Below, in pieces: positions 51,059-64,000 of a DNA stretch of 64,000 nucleotides. Position 1 is the stretch's first letter. Each line of letters opens with the position of its first letter. The position numbers and the translations under genes are program-made. The stretch lies in assembly GCA_040954595.2 (NCBI GenBank), contig CM082596.2, positions 842,736-906,735 on the forward strand, read 5' to 3'. The DNA comes from Balanoglossus misakiensis. Its lineage: Eukaryota > Animalia > Hemichordata. The notes beneath the pieces are model-generated. The model was not told the origin of the DNA, ran no database searches, and saw only the letters and a program-made list of their open reading frames with translations.

Positions 51059-54000
51059 CTAATCTGTTTTCACTGATGACAACTTGGAACTTCTGATTGT
51101 AATATTCTGTACATTCTGAGTCTTGGTGTCATCTGCATCCTGGCTTTGGGGTTGATCCGGAATGGTTTCCATGACAACAGAGGATGATAGGGAAGAAGAT
51201 TCTGTAAAGGGTGTTTTTGACGATGCTATTGGTCCTTTGCGGTTGGATGCCAGGTGTACCTTTAATGCTGATGTAACGGTGAACCCAGATGAGGAACGGG
51301 TGTATGTTGTTGTCACATTGCGAATCTCTTCTCTTCCACCTACATCAAGAGACAGAAAGAAACACTCAAATTATTACCAAATTGCCAGTGTATCAAAGAG
51401 CCTTACAACCAAGATTGATTAGAGTGGAAAACATAGTGCAACCTGTTGTTTGCCCAAGAAACCATTGCTGTTAAAGGCCAAGAAACCAGTTTTAAAGGCC
51501 TAGGAGCCAGTTCATTCTGCTCACATGCTGATTGCAACCTCTCCGACCCAGCTTTACCGTCTGATGGCAGTATGCAAGATGCTTGAAGTTCAGAGATGGA
51601 GGCACAATGTGCCCCTCCATTGTACGGTATATGTGCATCTGATGATCTGTAATGAAGAACTCTTCTGTTCCCTAAAGCCTGTTAAAATGTTGATCCAACA
51701 AGCCAAATGCTGGGCATTTCAACAAAGTATAGTGAGTATTATTAACAGAGTAAAACACACACGAAACAATGATGTTGAAAAGTATCATCACACTAAATGA
51801 CATGGAATGGTGAAAGTGAAAATGTGCTGAAAACCAACAAGGCAGCAGCATTTTAAGCCGAATGAATTTAGATGTGCAACAAAATTACAATTAATGTCAA
51901 AAGATGGCAGTATTGCCCACACGGACAGACAGATGATAGTGTTTAGTGATCCACAACACCTATTTATAGTTCTTTTTTTCTGAAAACCAAAGAAATAGTT
52001 AAGTAAGATATCAGTAAAGTAATATGAAGTCAGTCAACAATGCAGAAAAATGCATGCATTGAAATGTAAAAGTTAATTTATTGAGAAAAAATTGGATGTG
52101 AAAAGATGCAAAAATGAAAGAAAAAAAAGATAAAAATGTTACTAAAATGCAGTTAATATTTTAAAATGTTTTCGAGCTGAATGGAATTCCTAGATGAGAT
52201 GGTGTTATGCTATGTCATCAATTATCATGCAATCTACTGGCGTACTATCACATGCATGCTACATAATTTTTTTGCTTCATTCTCACTTTGTTTAAATTTA
52301 ATATGTAGGTTTGTCAACAAAAAATATCAATTTTTATAGTGATTCAAATTTTAGAATCTGAGATATGTTCAGTTTTATGCCTAAACTGTTTTGACACATT
52401 TTTCCCCTGAACAATGAAGGTAAGGATCATTTTGATTCTTTACATGTATACTGATTTTTTTAGACAGTATTGGAGTGGGCTGAAGTGAATTTATTAAGCT
52501 GAATGATTCTGAAAGTCTACGAAACATGCAACTAATCTACAACTATTTATGAAGCCAATTTGTGAGGATACTGAACTAACAGATGAACAGCTACAATGAT
52601 GAAAAGGCAAGAAAGCTAAACTACATGACAAATTCAAACACAATCTCAAGGAAGGATTCCATTTTTACTGTAGTTTTAGTTAAAATTCTTAGTGTGGTTA
52701 TTTCACACACAGTTAAAAAATTTACAAAAAATTAATGAATTGGGTAAGTTACCTTCACTTTGTATCATCTGAAAAATTAAAAAAGTAAAAAGTAGAACAA
52801 ATAAAATCAGTTTGAAATATATATACTGATGTAAAAAAACGGTAGATGATCAGAGAGAAAGGGAGAGAGAATAAGTTTGAGTGTGTCTCTGACATAACAA
52901 AGACAGAAATAAAACTGAAGAGGTTTTCGAGGAATAAAACAGATTACAAGACAAGAAAAATCTTGACTTGTTTTGGATTTCTCAGGACGTATGATGATAC
53001 AATCAAAGTACATGACAGAGTACAATTGGTATTACACGTTTAGTCATCATAAATAACTCATGTCACAAAAACGCTGACAGTCACTTATTCTCTGTATACA
53101 CACATTAAAAGCAAAGGTCACAGGTCACCACTCACCAGTCACAGTAGTACCTGTTGCCGTGGGAACAGCATCTTCTTTGCATGTACTGTCAACACCAGAA
53201 TCATTGCTGGCATCTGATTTTCGCTCCTCGGACACTGAGACTTCGTTTTCCGTGGCTTTGGCTGCGATTGCATTTTCTGCTGCAGCTTTTGCTTCTGCAT
53301 CTGAAACACAAAAATCAAATGAACTAACGGCCACTACATTCCAAAATAGAGAGAAAGAAACTGTCAAACTGGTTGTTGTGATCATACATGCATTTCAGTT
53401 AGTGAGCTTTTTTTCTGGTCGATATAGTACCTCTCCAATCTAAACAAACTGAAACACTTTTGCAAGAACTTTACATAATTTCAATAAAACCCACAAAGAT
53501 GATCAGCCTACCTTTCCTGGCTCTTTCTTTCCACAAATGCCTGTTCATTTGCAACGGATCAGCCCATGATCTCTTGATAATCACTTGACTATCCGCACTT
53601 CCTGTACTGCTAATCCGCCTTGGAACTGAGGTGCCACTGCTCTTGCGATCACTCTCGCCAACACTCTCTAGACTTGTCTCTTCAATAGATCGAGGGCCAA
53701 TCCCTGGGGGAATGATTTTCTCTAGCATATCTCCCAGAACTTGAAAGCTAGGATCTACGATGAAATCTATGAAACCTGTGGAGAGAAAAAAAAAAGATTT
53801 GTACTGGTATAACCTATAGATATATGTCATCTTTCTTATATGCTATCAAATAAACTTATTCGCTCAACTAACTATTACTTCCTTCGCACGGTATTACAAT
53901 ACTGTGGAGAATTTACCCACTTCTAAGTTGTGAGTATATCTCTACTCTTAAAATATCATCTGGTGCACTGTGGTCAAATATGAGTGCACTTGGCCTGGAA

Positions 54001-57000
54001 GGAAAATACTAGAAACATTTTAGAACAGAACAGAAGTAGTACCAACCTATCTGCGATTCCGCAATAACTGTTGAACTTCTGTCACAAAGCGGTGAAAATG
54101 GCAATCCCAATTCCTGCTCCTTATCACCCTGTAAATTCACACAAAATATTCATCTATCTTATTATAAGCAGTTAAAATCCAAATGACACAAAGGACTTTG
54201 GAAACAAACAGAAGCTTCTAGTCAATAGTCCAGACAAATGAAAAAGCATGGATCTATCTCTTGATAATTCTACTCAAATTCACAGTTTCTTCTCAAGTCT
54301 TGGTCTCCCTGAGGTCATCACACACACACACCTGTCGAAAGAATTCCTCCATGAGTAATTCCGTCCATCTGTAGTGAATCGGCCAGTCCTTAGCTGGATG
54401 ACTGATGTCCGCACAGTGCAATACCAATGACAATGCTTTGGATTTGTCAATGCTGAAAATATAGACATGGAAATCAGTGAAAATCAACATAACTATCTGG
54501 CTCCTATGTATTTCACTTCTTATTACAATTGTAACACAGATTAGTTTGATGAATAAAATAAAGGAAAGAAAATTGGGCACATACAATTATGTACAGGCAG
54601 TTTTGTTGCATGAATAAAACAAAAGAGAGCAGCTTTGCCTAAAATGGGAATGTGCAGAATATACTCACTTTTCAGGTACACTAAGGAGGTTTTTCATTTG
54701 TTTGATTTGTTGGAAGTGATAGGACATATCAGTAGCTAGCACCATATCAATCACCAATGATCTACATTCCCTGTTGACAAGAGTAGATTAGATTAGATAA
54801 GATTAGAGCAGATTCAATTTGTTGAAGCAATACATAATGTACGATATTGGAATAGGCCACTAGTATCTTGCTGCTTTCTTGTTTAACTATGAATCAATAA
54901 TTGGTTTACAAACACTTGCAAAGTTATCAAAAGACAAAAAATGGTTACAAAGAACACATACCTGTATTCATCCCGAGATAGATTACTAAGAACATTTTTA
55001 TCTTCATCCAAAAACACTCTGAACGCACAGCTGATGTGGTGATTTTCAAGCACAGCCCTGTCATTGTATAATAGTGCAGTTTCTGACCTGAAAATTTAAC
55101 AAATATTATTATAAACCCTCTTCAAATGATGTCATAACGAAGTTGCCTTCAACTAAAGACGCTCTGCAGAATTGCGTCAACACTCTTCCAGCTGTGAGGG
55201 CGCTATACTCCATCAACCACACACATGTACGCGAGTTCTTACCTTGAATTGACGTGGAAGTTATTCGTTGTTCCAGTGTGTTCGTAGTCATGGATAAGTG
55301 CTGCTAATAAGGCTGCTAAAATCTCTAAATCTGTCAACCAGTGCTGTCAATCAAAAAGAATTTGATATGTTGCCCTTTCGAGCTTCAAATTGGCAACAAT
55401 TAGTTAACCAACTGATCCAACTATGTTACGGGGGGCATATATCAATCTTTTCAAAGCAAAATTTGGAAGCAGTACACAATATGTTACAAACGAAAGCTGA
55501 CAATACTGCCATTCTCTAAGATGTAACATATGAATACAACATGAATGATTACTCACCATGAGACCTGTGTGTACTAAGACATGATGTATTGTCTGTGTGA
55601 CATCTGCTGCATGGATGAGATTGTGGTAAGGGTTTTTGTATTTGCTGTACCCGGCCTCCATGACGTCCAGGAAAGCATTCAGGTTTGTCACAGGTATCTG
55701 AAACGAAACAAGGTTTCAAGAGATAAATTAAAAGAAAGTATTTGACACTTGCCAGTAGAACAGTATAGATTTAATAATACTGATTCAAACAGCAAGGAAG
55801 TCAATGCCAAAAATCGCTCACACCAAATCATGGTAAAGAATAAATATGAACCTACCTTGAATTTTGAGATGAGATCATACCGTGTAAAGAGTTCATATGC
55901 CATGTACTTCAATGCATGATTTTCACTGGCATCATTCAGTGAAAACACATTAAATGACCAGTCATCCACATTCTGTAAGAAACAAATTAAAAGTCATCAA
56001 CATCATTCTGACCAGTCGCATTCATCTTCGTTGTGGTGGTGGTTCTTTTGGTACCATCTATAACAATAGGCATACGTTCTATCACACATGTATTTCATTG
56101 GCTATGATGACAGTATAAAAGGAAGAATTTGATGACTTACCTTGAACAGATTGATGACTGCAGGTGGATAGGTAATACCTGACATTCCAGATAACCTTCT
56201 GTATATCCTGTCAATCATAATAACAATCAAACATTTAGTTTCATTTGTTGGAATATAGTTATAGGATTGTTGAATTCATCATTATTGCTAGTTGCATATT
56301 TTCTTGAATCATGCTAGGTTTATGGGGAAACACACTTTTACTGAAGGGGCTAGAAAAACAGAGATCTAGACCATCAGCAGATTAACAAAATAAATAATAT
56401 GCAAAAGTTATAAGTATGGAATCTTCAAGTACTCAAGTAAATCTACATGACTCAGCTAGTGCAAATCAGGAATATGTTTCTAATGATGACACAACTTCAT
56501 GTGAAAGTATACAGCACATTGATGGCCTTACCTATCCACAAAAATTCCAGCCCTGACGGCTTGTACAATACTTCGGAATTTGGGTTTTTCATCTGTGGTT
56601 CTTCCAGCTTTGCTGAACTGCCTTGTAAATGTTGAAGCCAACCAGTCCCTGACTTCGTTTGGCACTGCATCTGGATTGACTTCTGATAATTCATCATCTT
56701 CATCATATAGTCGCCTAGCAACGGGAAGACAGAAAGGTGCTGTAGTTAAAGTGGCATCTGATGATTTCAGAAACAAAAGTAGCAAGAGTTAAATCTATAA
56801 ACTTTGACCAATCTTTTACTAAGTGATAGCATCAGAATCAACAGGTTGTTTTAGTCGTTCCAGTCCAAATCATCACAAGGCCATGTATGAGTTGTTAAGA
56901 ATGCATTGACGTTAGCGAAAATGGAGACATAAACTTTCCAAGTGAAGAAATGTGAATGATTCTAACACAGGATCTGCTCAGATTTATAATGACCAGTTTT

Positions 57001-60000
57001 AGCAATCAACCAGTTGCAGTTTTCTTACCCATCTTTCACAATGGTGTCTGAACCACCAGTCATTCCTGCTGTATAAATTTGCCACAGAGAATTAAACCAC
57101 AAGAAAACTCTTTTGGAAGTTGACAACGTACTGTGCGACGGTACACACCCCCATAATGTGACGTACAGAGCAATTGCTTATGTCACTGGCCCGGTTATTC
57201 AAGGGTCATTGACTGTCCTGCATTGTTGTTTGAAGGTGTTGTATTAAGACCACACAACCCATGCATTACAAACTGGCAGTAAATTGATCCTTTGTGTTGA
57301 AGACCATGCATTCAAGACCTTGGGTCACAAATCATGTCACACACGCACCCATGCAAGTATCACATTTGCAATTTGACTGCACCGATCATCAAATTCACCT
57401 TTCTGTGGCAAATACACCCATTAAACGCAACACTGTTATTGTATTTCGCAAGGCCATTCACAGTGATAGATTGGTCTCCTTGTTGAACCAAGCAACCATG
57501 ACATCAATACTCGGCCTTATATCACTCTCTTATTCTGATGTAAAATACGTAGTTTGCAAACATCATTCCATCAAAACGAACCCTTCTGCTATCGTGGCCA
57601 ATACCAGTTCATGGTGTTCATTTCTCCAAAATGTTTACTTTGAGAGTGCCAGAAAAGAAATGAAAATCTAGGACCGGTCCAGTTTAATTGTCCCAAAGTG
57701 TATCACACACCAAGTCTTGTAAGCAGTGCAAACAAAGCTCTTGACAAATGAGACCAGATGTATATTCTGAATGACACAAAGAAACCCTGAACAAAGCCCT
57801 AAGGATTATCATTAACTATAAGAGAGTAGGTGTTGCTAGTGACAGGGTCATCTTTGATTGCTTTTAATCACAGACTCGGCAAAGCGGAGTATTTGTTGCT
57901 AACAGCAAACTCTTTGATTGCCTTTAACCGCAGACTTAAATCTTGACAATTGGTAAGAAGACACCAGTAACCTATCACTCATGCAAATCAAGGTGTTGAA
58001 ATCTCAGTCATCAAATTTTGCATTTTAGTTTTAAACGCAATAGCATGTAGTAACTTGAAATGCGGCCACACTTGGCCAACAGCAAAGTTTTAGCTGTTCA
58101 AAAGAGGCACACACATAACTCATCAGGGAGAAATGTTTACTGCATTTGAACAAAACATAAGAAGAAACACATCAGGTCGTATATCATTCCTTGTTTACAC
58201 TTAATAAAATTGGAAGCTTACACTGGTACCTTTGGTCTCTGATTGTTCAAACTTTTCCATGACAAACACCAGTGTACTGAAGCACCTTATTGGTGTCATC
58301 GAGATTCTGAATATTTGACGTTAATGGTCAAGGAGTCAAACATCATGAGCATCCTACAAACACCAGCAAAGAGCAATTATCACTTACAAGAATTCCATTG
58401 TTTATAAATTATAGTCTACTGGTTACCTGCCAGCGAATGTTTTCTTGATGGAAGGCGTGAAGACTTTGGGAACTGGCCTGGGAAGACTGTTTCCATGACA
58501 ACTGACATCATTAGTTTCTGGTTCACTTGGGGGTCTTGGGTGGGTAACCATGGTAACCACATCACAAGATCACAAGACATGCATGCAACCAATACCACAA
58601 GGTGCAAAGGTGGAGAGAGGAGAGAAGAGAAAAGAGAGAAAAGAAAGAGAGAAACAAACAAACAGACAGTGCAATCAGAAAGGGATGAAGAAAAGTGATT
58701 ATTTGGAAAAGAGTTGTTGGCATAGATGGCATGCACAGGGTAAAATGTCTCTTGATGTTCAAATTTTATGAAGTCACCAAATGTCTGATGATGTCATTCA
58801 AATGAGTGATGTCATCAAACATGCTTGATGATGTCATTCAACAGTTACATGATGTCATACATTTTTATGATGTAATCATACATGCCTAGTGATGATGTTG
58901 ATGATGTCATTCATGATTTTGGTGATGTCTTCATATATGCTTTATGATGTCAATCAAATGTTTGATGATATCATATCAAATCTCAGAATTTAAGACCCTG
59001 GGAAATCTTCAGTCAAAAGTAATTTTTTCTTTATGTGTAAGATGTGGGATTGCAAGGTTGTGGGTAAAACAGGTCTTTGCAGGGTTAGTGTATAGTGCTG
59101 TGCAGTTGGTAAGATTGGAAGTGAGATGGGGCATTTGCTGAAGTTAAAACCAACATCTAAAAATTTACAATGCCTGGTACAAGTGTGAGTTTCGAGCTGC
59201 CTCCCTCCACTAACTTAATATAGATAGACACCTGTTGCATGTACATTTTGGATTGAAAAGTCATTCAAGGGCAAAGGTTAACGTTCAATGACCTGATTAA
59301 GTTTCATCCCTGATAGCAACAGGTGAATAAAACACAACCTTATACTAACAACGGACTCAAAAAACAACGATCTCAGAAAGACTGAGTCGTGTTTCAATAG
59401 AAACATGAGAACCAAGATTTTTCAAAGATGACTGTTTGCAGAGTAGACATGGACCTGTTCTAGCAACCTCCAGGTTGTTTAGTCAGGGCTCGAGGGCACA
59501 TCAAAGTGACTGCACTCAAAACGGGCATTGTTCACAGTCGGTTTGCAAGTATGCAATATTATCAAGGGGATTAAGTTGGAATGAAAGACGTATAAAGATT
59601 CACCCTTGAGGACGGTGTGGTGGGGAAGTTTAATCATGTTGGATAAAAGTATCAGAACTCCTTTACACTTTATCCTTTTCATTTTAAAATGGGAGCATCA
59701 GTCTCTTTTAGAAGTTGCTGGAGAACAATACAATTTTCACATACCAGTATAGAGACTAGAACTGTGAGAAACAAATTTAACTATTAATCATTTAAAAGCT
59801 GTACTTTTTTGCCCTAATGTTAAAATGGGATGTGTGTATTCCTAATTTCGATGAGAACATTGCTCAATTTATTTGTAATGAATGCAATCTACCACCTGCA
59901 TACACTGAAGTCTTGCCAAATAGCATTTACCGCTTGTCATTAAGGATTCTATAGTGTAATAAACAACTTTATAGCCCTCATAGACAAGTAATAATTGTTT

Positions 60001-63000
60001 ATAACGTGTCACAGTTCTATGCTATCGCTAAATGTCTTGTAAGATTTGTGCAGGTTGTTCAGTATTATGACCTGAGAAACACAACATTGTGGCTATATGT
60101 GAAATAATCCTTTCAAGAGTTACCTGCTTTCAATATGAGTAAAATTTGGCCAACTGTACTATTTTATGATTCTCATTTTGATGTGATTTTGAGACACTGA
60201 TTTCCTATCATTATTATTATAACTCTTTTCATATTTTCATGTGTTTTGATTTGAATAAAATTTGGTTTAATTACACTCACATTGACTTGTTGTTCCGCGC
60301 CATTTTGTAGATCCAAGTTGCACTTCAGATGGACCTGTTTGGCAACACTAGCAACAGAAACACTGCTGCCATAGTAAACCTGATGCAAACCTTTTGTTCA
60401 GAGTTATCTGATAAAACAAAACTTAATCCCTGACTTTGTGACTTTTGTTCCTGCTGCGGTACGTTTTATAGGCAGGGATCTGTTACCTGAATTGAATCAT
60501 GCTATAAAAGTTTTTTTAGTAGCAGAGGGTCATTAAATAAAACATTCAATGGGACCAGGAGAAAGAACTTCAAATTACAGCAATGTTATGGAGCATTGGG
60601 TAGAAATTAAGGATCAATTTCAATTGTACATGTAAGTACAAGTGTATTTGAGGGAAAGATTTTCATAGAGCGTTGTACTTTTTGATGACAAACTCACTTC
60701 TTTCACCCGATTTCCTGTTAAATAGGTCAAAATAGACCTGAACCAAAACACTGTGGTGCAAAGTTCCTCACTTTTGTCCCCATGATCACAAATATACTAC
60801 TTTGGCCTTACACTATTTTAATCATATCGCGTTTTTCTGTATTTTACAACGCCTGTATTGGTTGCCCAGGTATAGCAGAGTGTACATCAATATGCATAAA
60901 CACTCAGCCCTCTACTTAAGATAAATGTGTTTGATATGATTGCAAAGGTATGTCAGTTAGACATGACTTTATATTTACATCGAGATGCGTAAACTCACTG
61001 TGATGAACCTTATCTAGTATGCAGTGGGAGCCGAATAAATAAAGACCCAGAGAAATCAATAACATGATATTTGCAGGGGCTGTACAAACTAGAAGTACAT
61101 TATAACTGATGGGCCAATGTCAAAGCAATATTTGATCAAGATGATTTGATGTTCATGCACTGCTCATATCTTCCAAAATTAGTTTTTGAATGTAACCACT
61201 GCTTGCTAAAGGTTTTTCAATTGACAATTGAGAGAATGCATATTTATGACTTAAAGATTTATCACTATGTCAAATACTCATGCTACAATTTCTGTCTTTG
61301 TATTACATGTACTTCCTTGTTAATTTTTCTGATTTTGATCTGAATTATTCCTCGATTGTTTCTCTATCAGTGTTGAACAGAACACAAGACCATTATTAGT
61401 GAGCATAGTTTACTGTAGACGTAGCTATTTTTGCCATTTTATGGCCTCTTAATTGATAAAGCTGAACCACTTCACATATTTCTATCACTAGATTCAAGGT
61501 TGGATTTCAACAGACTGAAAAAAGATGGCTTGTCCATGATTTTTTGCCTGAGCTAAATGTCAAGGGATTATGGATGTGACTAAAGTACTGACCAGTATGA
61601 TACGAAGAGTTTTTGCACAATTCAGTGTGCCTTGGGGACGATTGGTATTAAAAGTTTAACACACATACCTTCCTTGCTCAAATAAAACACCTTCAAGTAA
61701 CATTTTCAGTGGACTAAATTATCGAAACCTTAGGCTGACATTGCAGAATACACCACTCAAAGGTAGGTTTTTTCGCGCGGACTTGTAATAAAGTAACTGT
61801 TTCTTGTGTCAATAGAAGAAGCTATTTGTTTCAGGTGGACTGTTTCCATTGTTTGTGAGATCACATTGTGAAGTGTGGCAGTCAACTTTTGTGTAGTGGT
61901 GTCAACCCAGTCATACAATACTATTCTAAACCTATGGTTATTTACACGTCAATGGACACGTTGCCAAACGGAACTTTAGCGAACCAGAATTATTCAACTT
62001 TGACAAAGTTTAGTGATCACTATATGTGCAGTTATGATCAAAACACCTTTGCTGGACTATCAAGGCTGTTATCACAGAACTGATTTTTAAACAAACAGAA
62101 ACAAGTACAAGACTGCATGATCTTAGGCACAGTACAGGTACATAGTAATCCTGAAGCAGAAAAACAAACACTTGACCAGGCTGAGTCTATCTAATCTCTC
62201 AAAGAGTGAACCAATTACAAGAATCTTACCTAGGTTTGCGTCCTGCCTGTGCCATGATCGCAAAACTAATCTATGAACTGGACGAGTACTGGTTATGCTT
62301 GCATGCTGTTGTTATTGACCGGCCCTCTGAGTGACTGTCACTGGTTTCGGTTCAGTGCCAATGAACAGTGGACTTTACAACCACCACACAGTACACTGGT
62401 CGTACACATAAGGATCTAGCGAGGTCTAGTGAATTTCTTAGTGGAGGGGTCGAGGTTTCAAGGGGGAGATATCCCATATACTCACTGATGACTCATAAAT
62501 CACAAAGTTTATGCATAGATACTAGTCGAAAATAAACACTGAACATCCTTGCTGATTATTAGATGTCTAATACAGAACCCAGGCTGTGCTGAAGTTTTGT
62601 CTGTTTTATTACCTAATTCAAAATTCCACCCCTTTGCATTGACTTCAGCCCTTGATGTTTGCCTTTTTAATAAGTATCACATTTAAAGACTATGTCCCCT
62701 GGGGTAGGTTGATAACAACCTGGTTTTGACTGAAATCTAACAATGGCGGCAGGTTGATGTCAACCTTTCTTCCAGTTAGCCATTGTTATCGCCTAGCAAC
62801 CAAGTGGTTGTATATCTTCAGTGTTTATGTATGGGTGAGAAAGGGGGAGGGGTGACTACTTAACAGCCAATGGCATCTGAGATAAAGTGCCAGTACTGTT
62901 CTTGTGTATTCATGTAGTAATGTTTAATTTGATTCAAACAGAGAGTCATTTATATAGGGCTATCTAGCTAGTACTTTGGAGGCGGACTCATATTAATTGT

Positions 63001-63777
63001 GAACAACTATTATCTCAAATTGTGAAATTTGATCAAAATTTCCACCATAAAGGCATCATCAACAGTCATTCAGCTAAGTTCTAATCAAAATATCATTCCA
63101 CTATTTTTGCCTGGGACTCATTGAAATTGTGCTTCCAAACAGAGTGTATTTAATGCGATTCACCTACATGTACGTAAGTCTAAATTGAGTGCCAGCATTT
63201 GGCAAGATATGCAAACAGCGCCGCCACTGGCCATTTGTAACTGTTCAGTCAAACTTCACTGAGTGTGAAGTACGGTAGCAGTAGCTATAAGGATTTCTCA
63301 TCTATAATGATAGTTTCACTCTGACTAACCAATCATATTCCCCAAGAACGCGCCTCACTCTGGGGTAACCAATCAAAACAGCCTAAGCACAAAGCCAACA
63401 AATCTGAAGTCACGATCGTAAATATAACTGTAGTGTTGGGACGTACACATGGGATAGCGATGAAGACTGTAGCTATGACAACAAAATCACTCACCTTGTT
63501 TCATCAAGGTAGACTGCCTCTAAAACACTTGCTGCATATTCCAAATTTTTCTTGAGATCCGTTAAGGGAACATCTCCTTTGTCTATGTGGCGTACAAGAT
63601 ATCTTATCCTGGCGGCCGCTTTATCCACTGCTTCTGCTGTGTCTGTGTGTGGCAGATGTGCTGTTCCTAGATTCACCGTGCTGGGGTCTTCATCTTCTCT
63701 GCCATGTGTGCCTGTTGAACCAAAGGCCTTCTTAGAACTAGAATTGGATCGCTTGAAAACTGTAAAAGATTCAGTCC
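51059..63777 (-). CDS. PDE1: calcium/calmodulin-dependent 3',5'-cyclic nucleotide phosphodiesterase 1, 5' end outside window
   Basis: Exons 63777(or 63759)-63495, 56714-56532, 56207-56141, 55972-55856, 55697-55557, 55343-55243, 55087-54962, 54770-54669, 54452-54332, 54128-54047, 53775-53512, 53300-53136, probable last exon 51339-51059. Motifs LKKNLEYAASVLE, VPNEVRDWLASTFTR, KFRSIVQAVRAGIFVDR (CaM-binding), NPYHNLIHAADV, IHDYEHTGTTNNFH, LENHH, LATDMS, LHCADISHP, EEFFRQGD, SQIGFIDFIV. C-terminal exon choice is less certain. Confidence 0.95.
52753..52768 (-). CDS. candidate 16-nt stop-containing microexon of PDE1 (DDTK*)
   Basis: tttttacttttttaatttttcag acceptor, AAG|gtaact donor; after the phase-1 exon 53300-53136 it reads GAT GAT ACA AAG TGA. 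Confidence 0.6.
58427..58534 (-). CDS. candidate 108-nt cassette exon of PDE1 (phase 2-2)
   Basis: Donor AG|gtaacc; the acceptor is the first AG after a 212-nt AG-free stretch with a long pyrimidine tract; open in the PDE1 frame (PPSEPETNDVSCHGNSLPRPVPKVFTPSIKKTFAG). Confidence 0.6.
58786..58975. repeat. degenerate ~20-bp-spaced TGATGTCA motif array
   Basis: About 6 exact and 4 single-variant copies with non-conserved spacers. Confidence 0.75.
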
Positions 63778-64000
63778 CTTTAAAATGAAATGAAAAAAAA
63801 AGGGCAAATAAAAAAGCATGACGAGCACCCTCACCCTATGCAGCTAGAAATGAAATTCAAATTATGACAAAATTATAAATAGCGATAATCATAATTACAC
63901 CCATGAAATTTAAGAACCATGAAAATAAGAGCATGAAGCATGCAAACCCAATATTGCATGCCATCAAAATTAGTTATGATCCAAAAGCCATGATTAGAAA

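Noticed and set aside
57851-57936. 26-bp direct repeat with 60-bp period
   Set aside because: Two diverged copies only; an ordinary local duplication

Overview
AT-rich, intron-rich animal (invertebrate bilaterian, possibly non-vertebrate deuterostome) genomic DNA; no prokaryotic features. Four spliced protein-coding genes can be reconstructed by hand with consistent exon phases. (1) An Elk-type KCNH potassium channel on + (coding exons 19592-30990; first coding exon not found in the window, so 1-19591 is probably one large intron). (2) A 3-exon gene on - (36146-34284, 439 aa) encoding a signal peptide plus two tandem DUF442/Blh-like phosphatase-fold (sulfurtransferase-like) domains, a family I know mainly from bacteria; this is the most unusual object here. 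(3) CASC3/Barentsz on - (43545-37849) with a long acidic C-terminal exon. (4) The 3' part of a Ca2+/calmodulin-dependent phosphodiesterase PDE1 on - (63777-51059). Between CASC3 and PDE1 lie a ~58-bp minisatellite, a 239/205-bp satellite with higher-order structure carrying nuclear-receptor half-site arrays, and a TIR element with a 9-bp target-site duplication. Several candidate microexons and cassette exons are visible in the Elk and PDE1 introns. All family assignments come from remembered motifs, not database searches.
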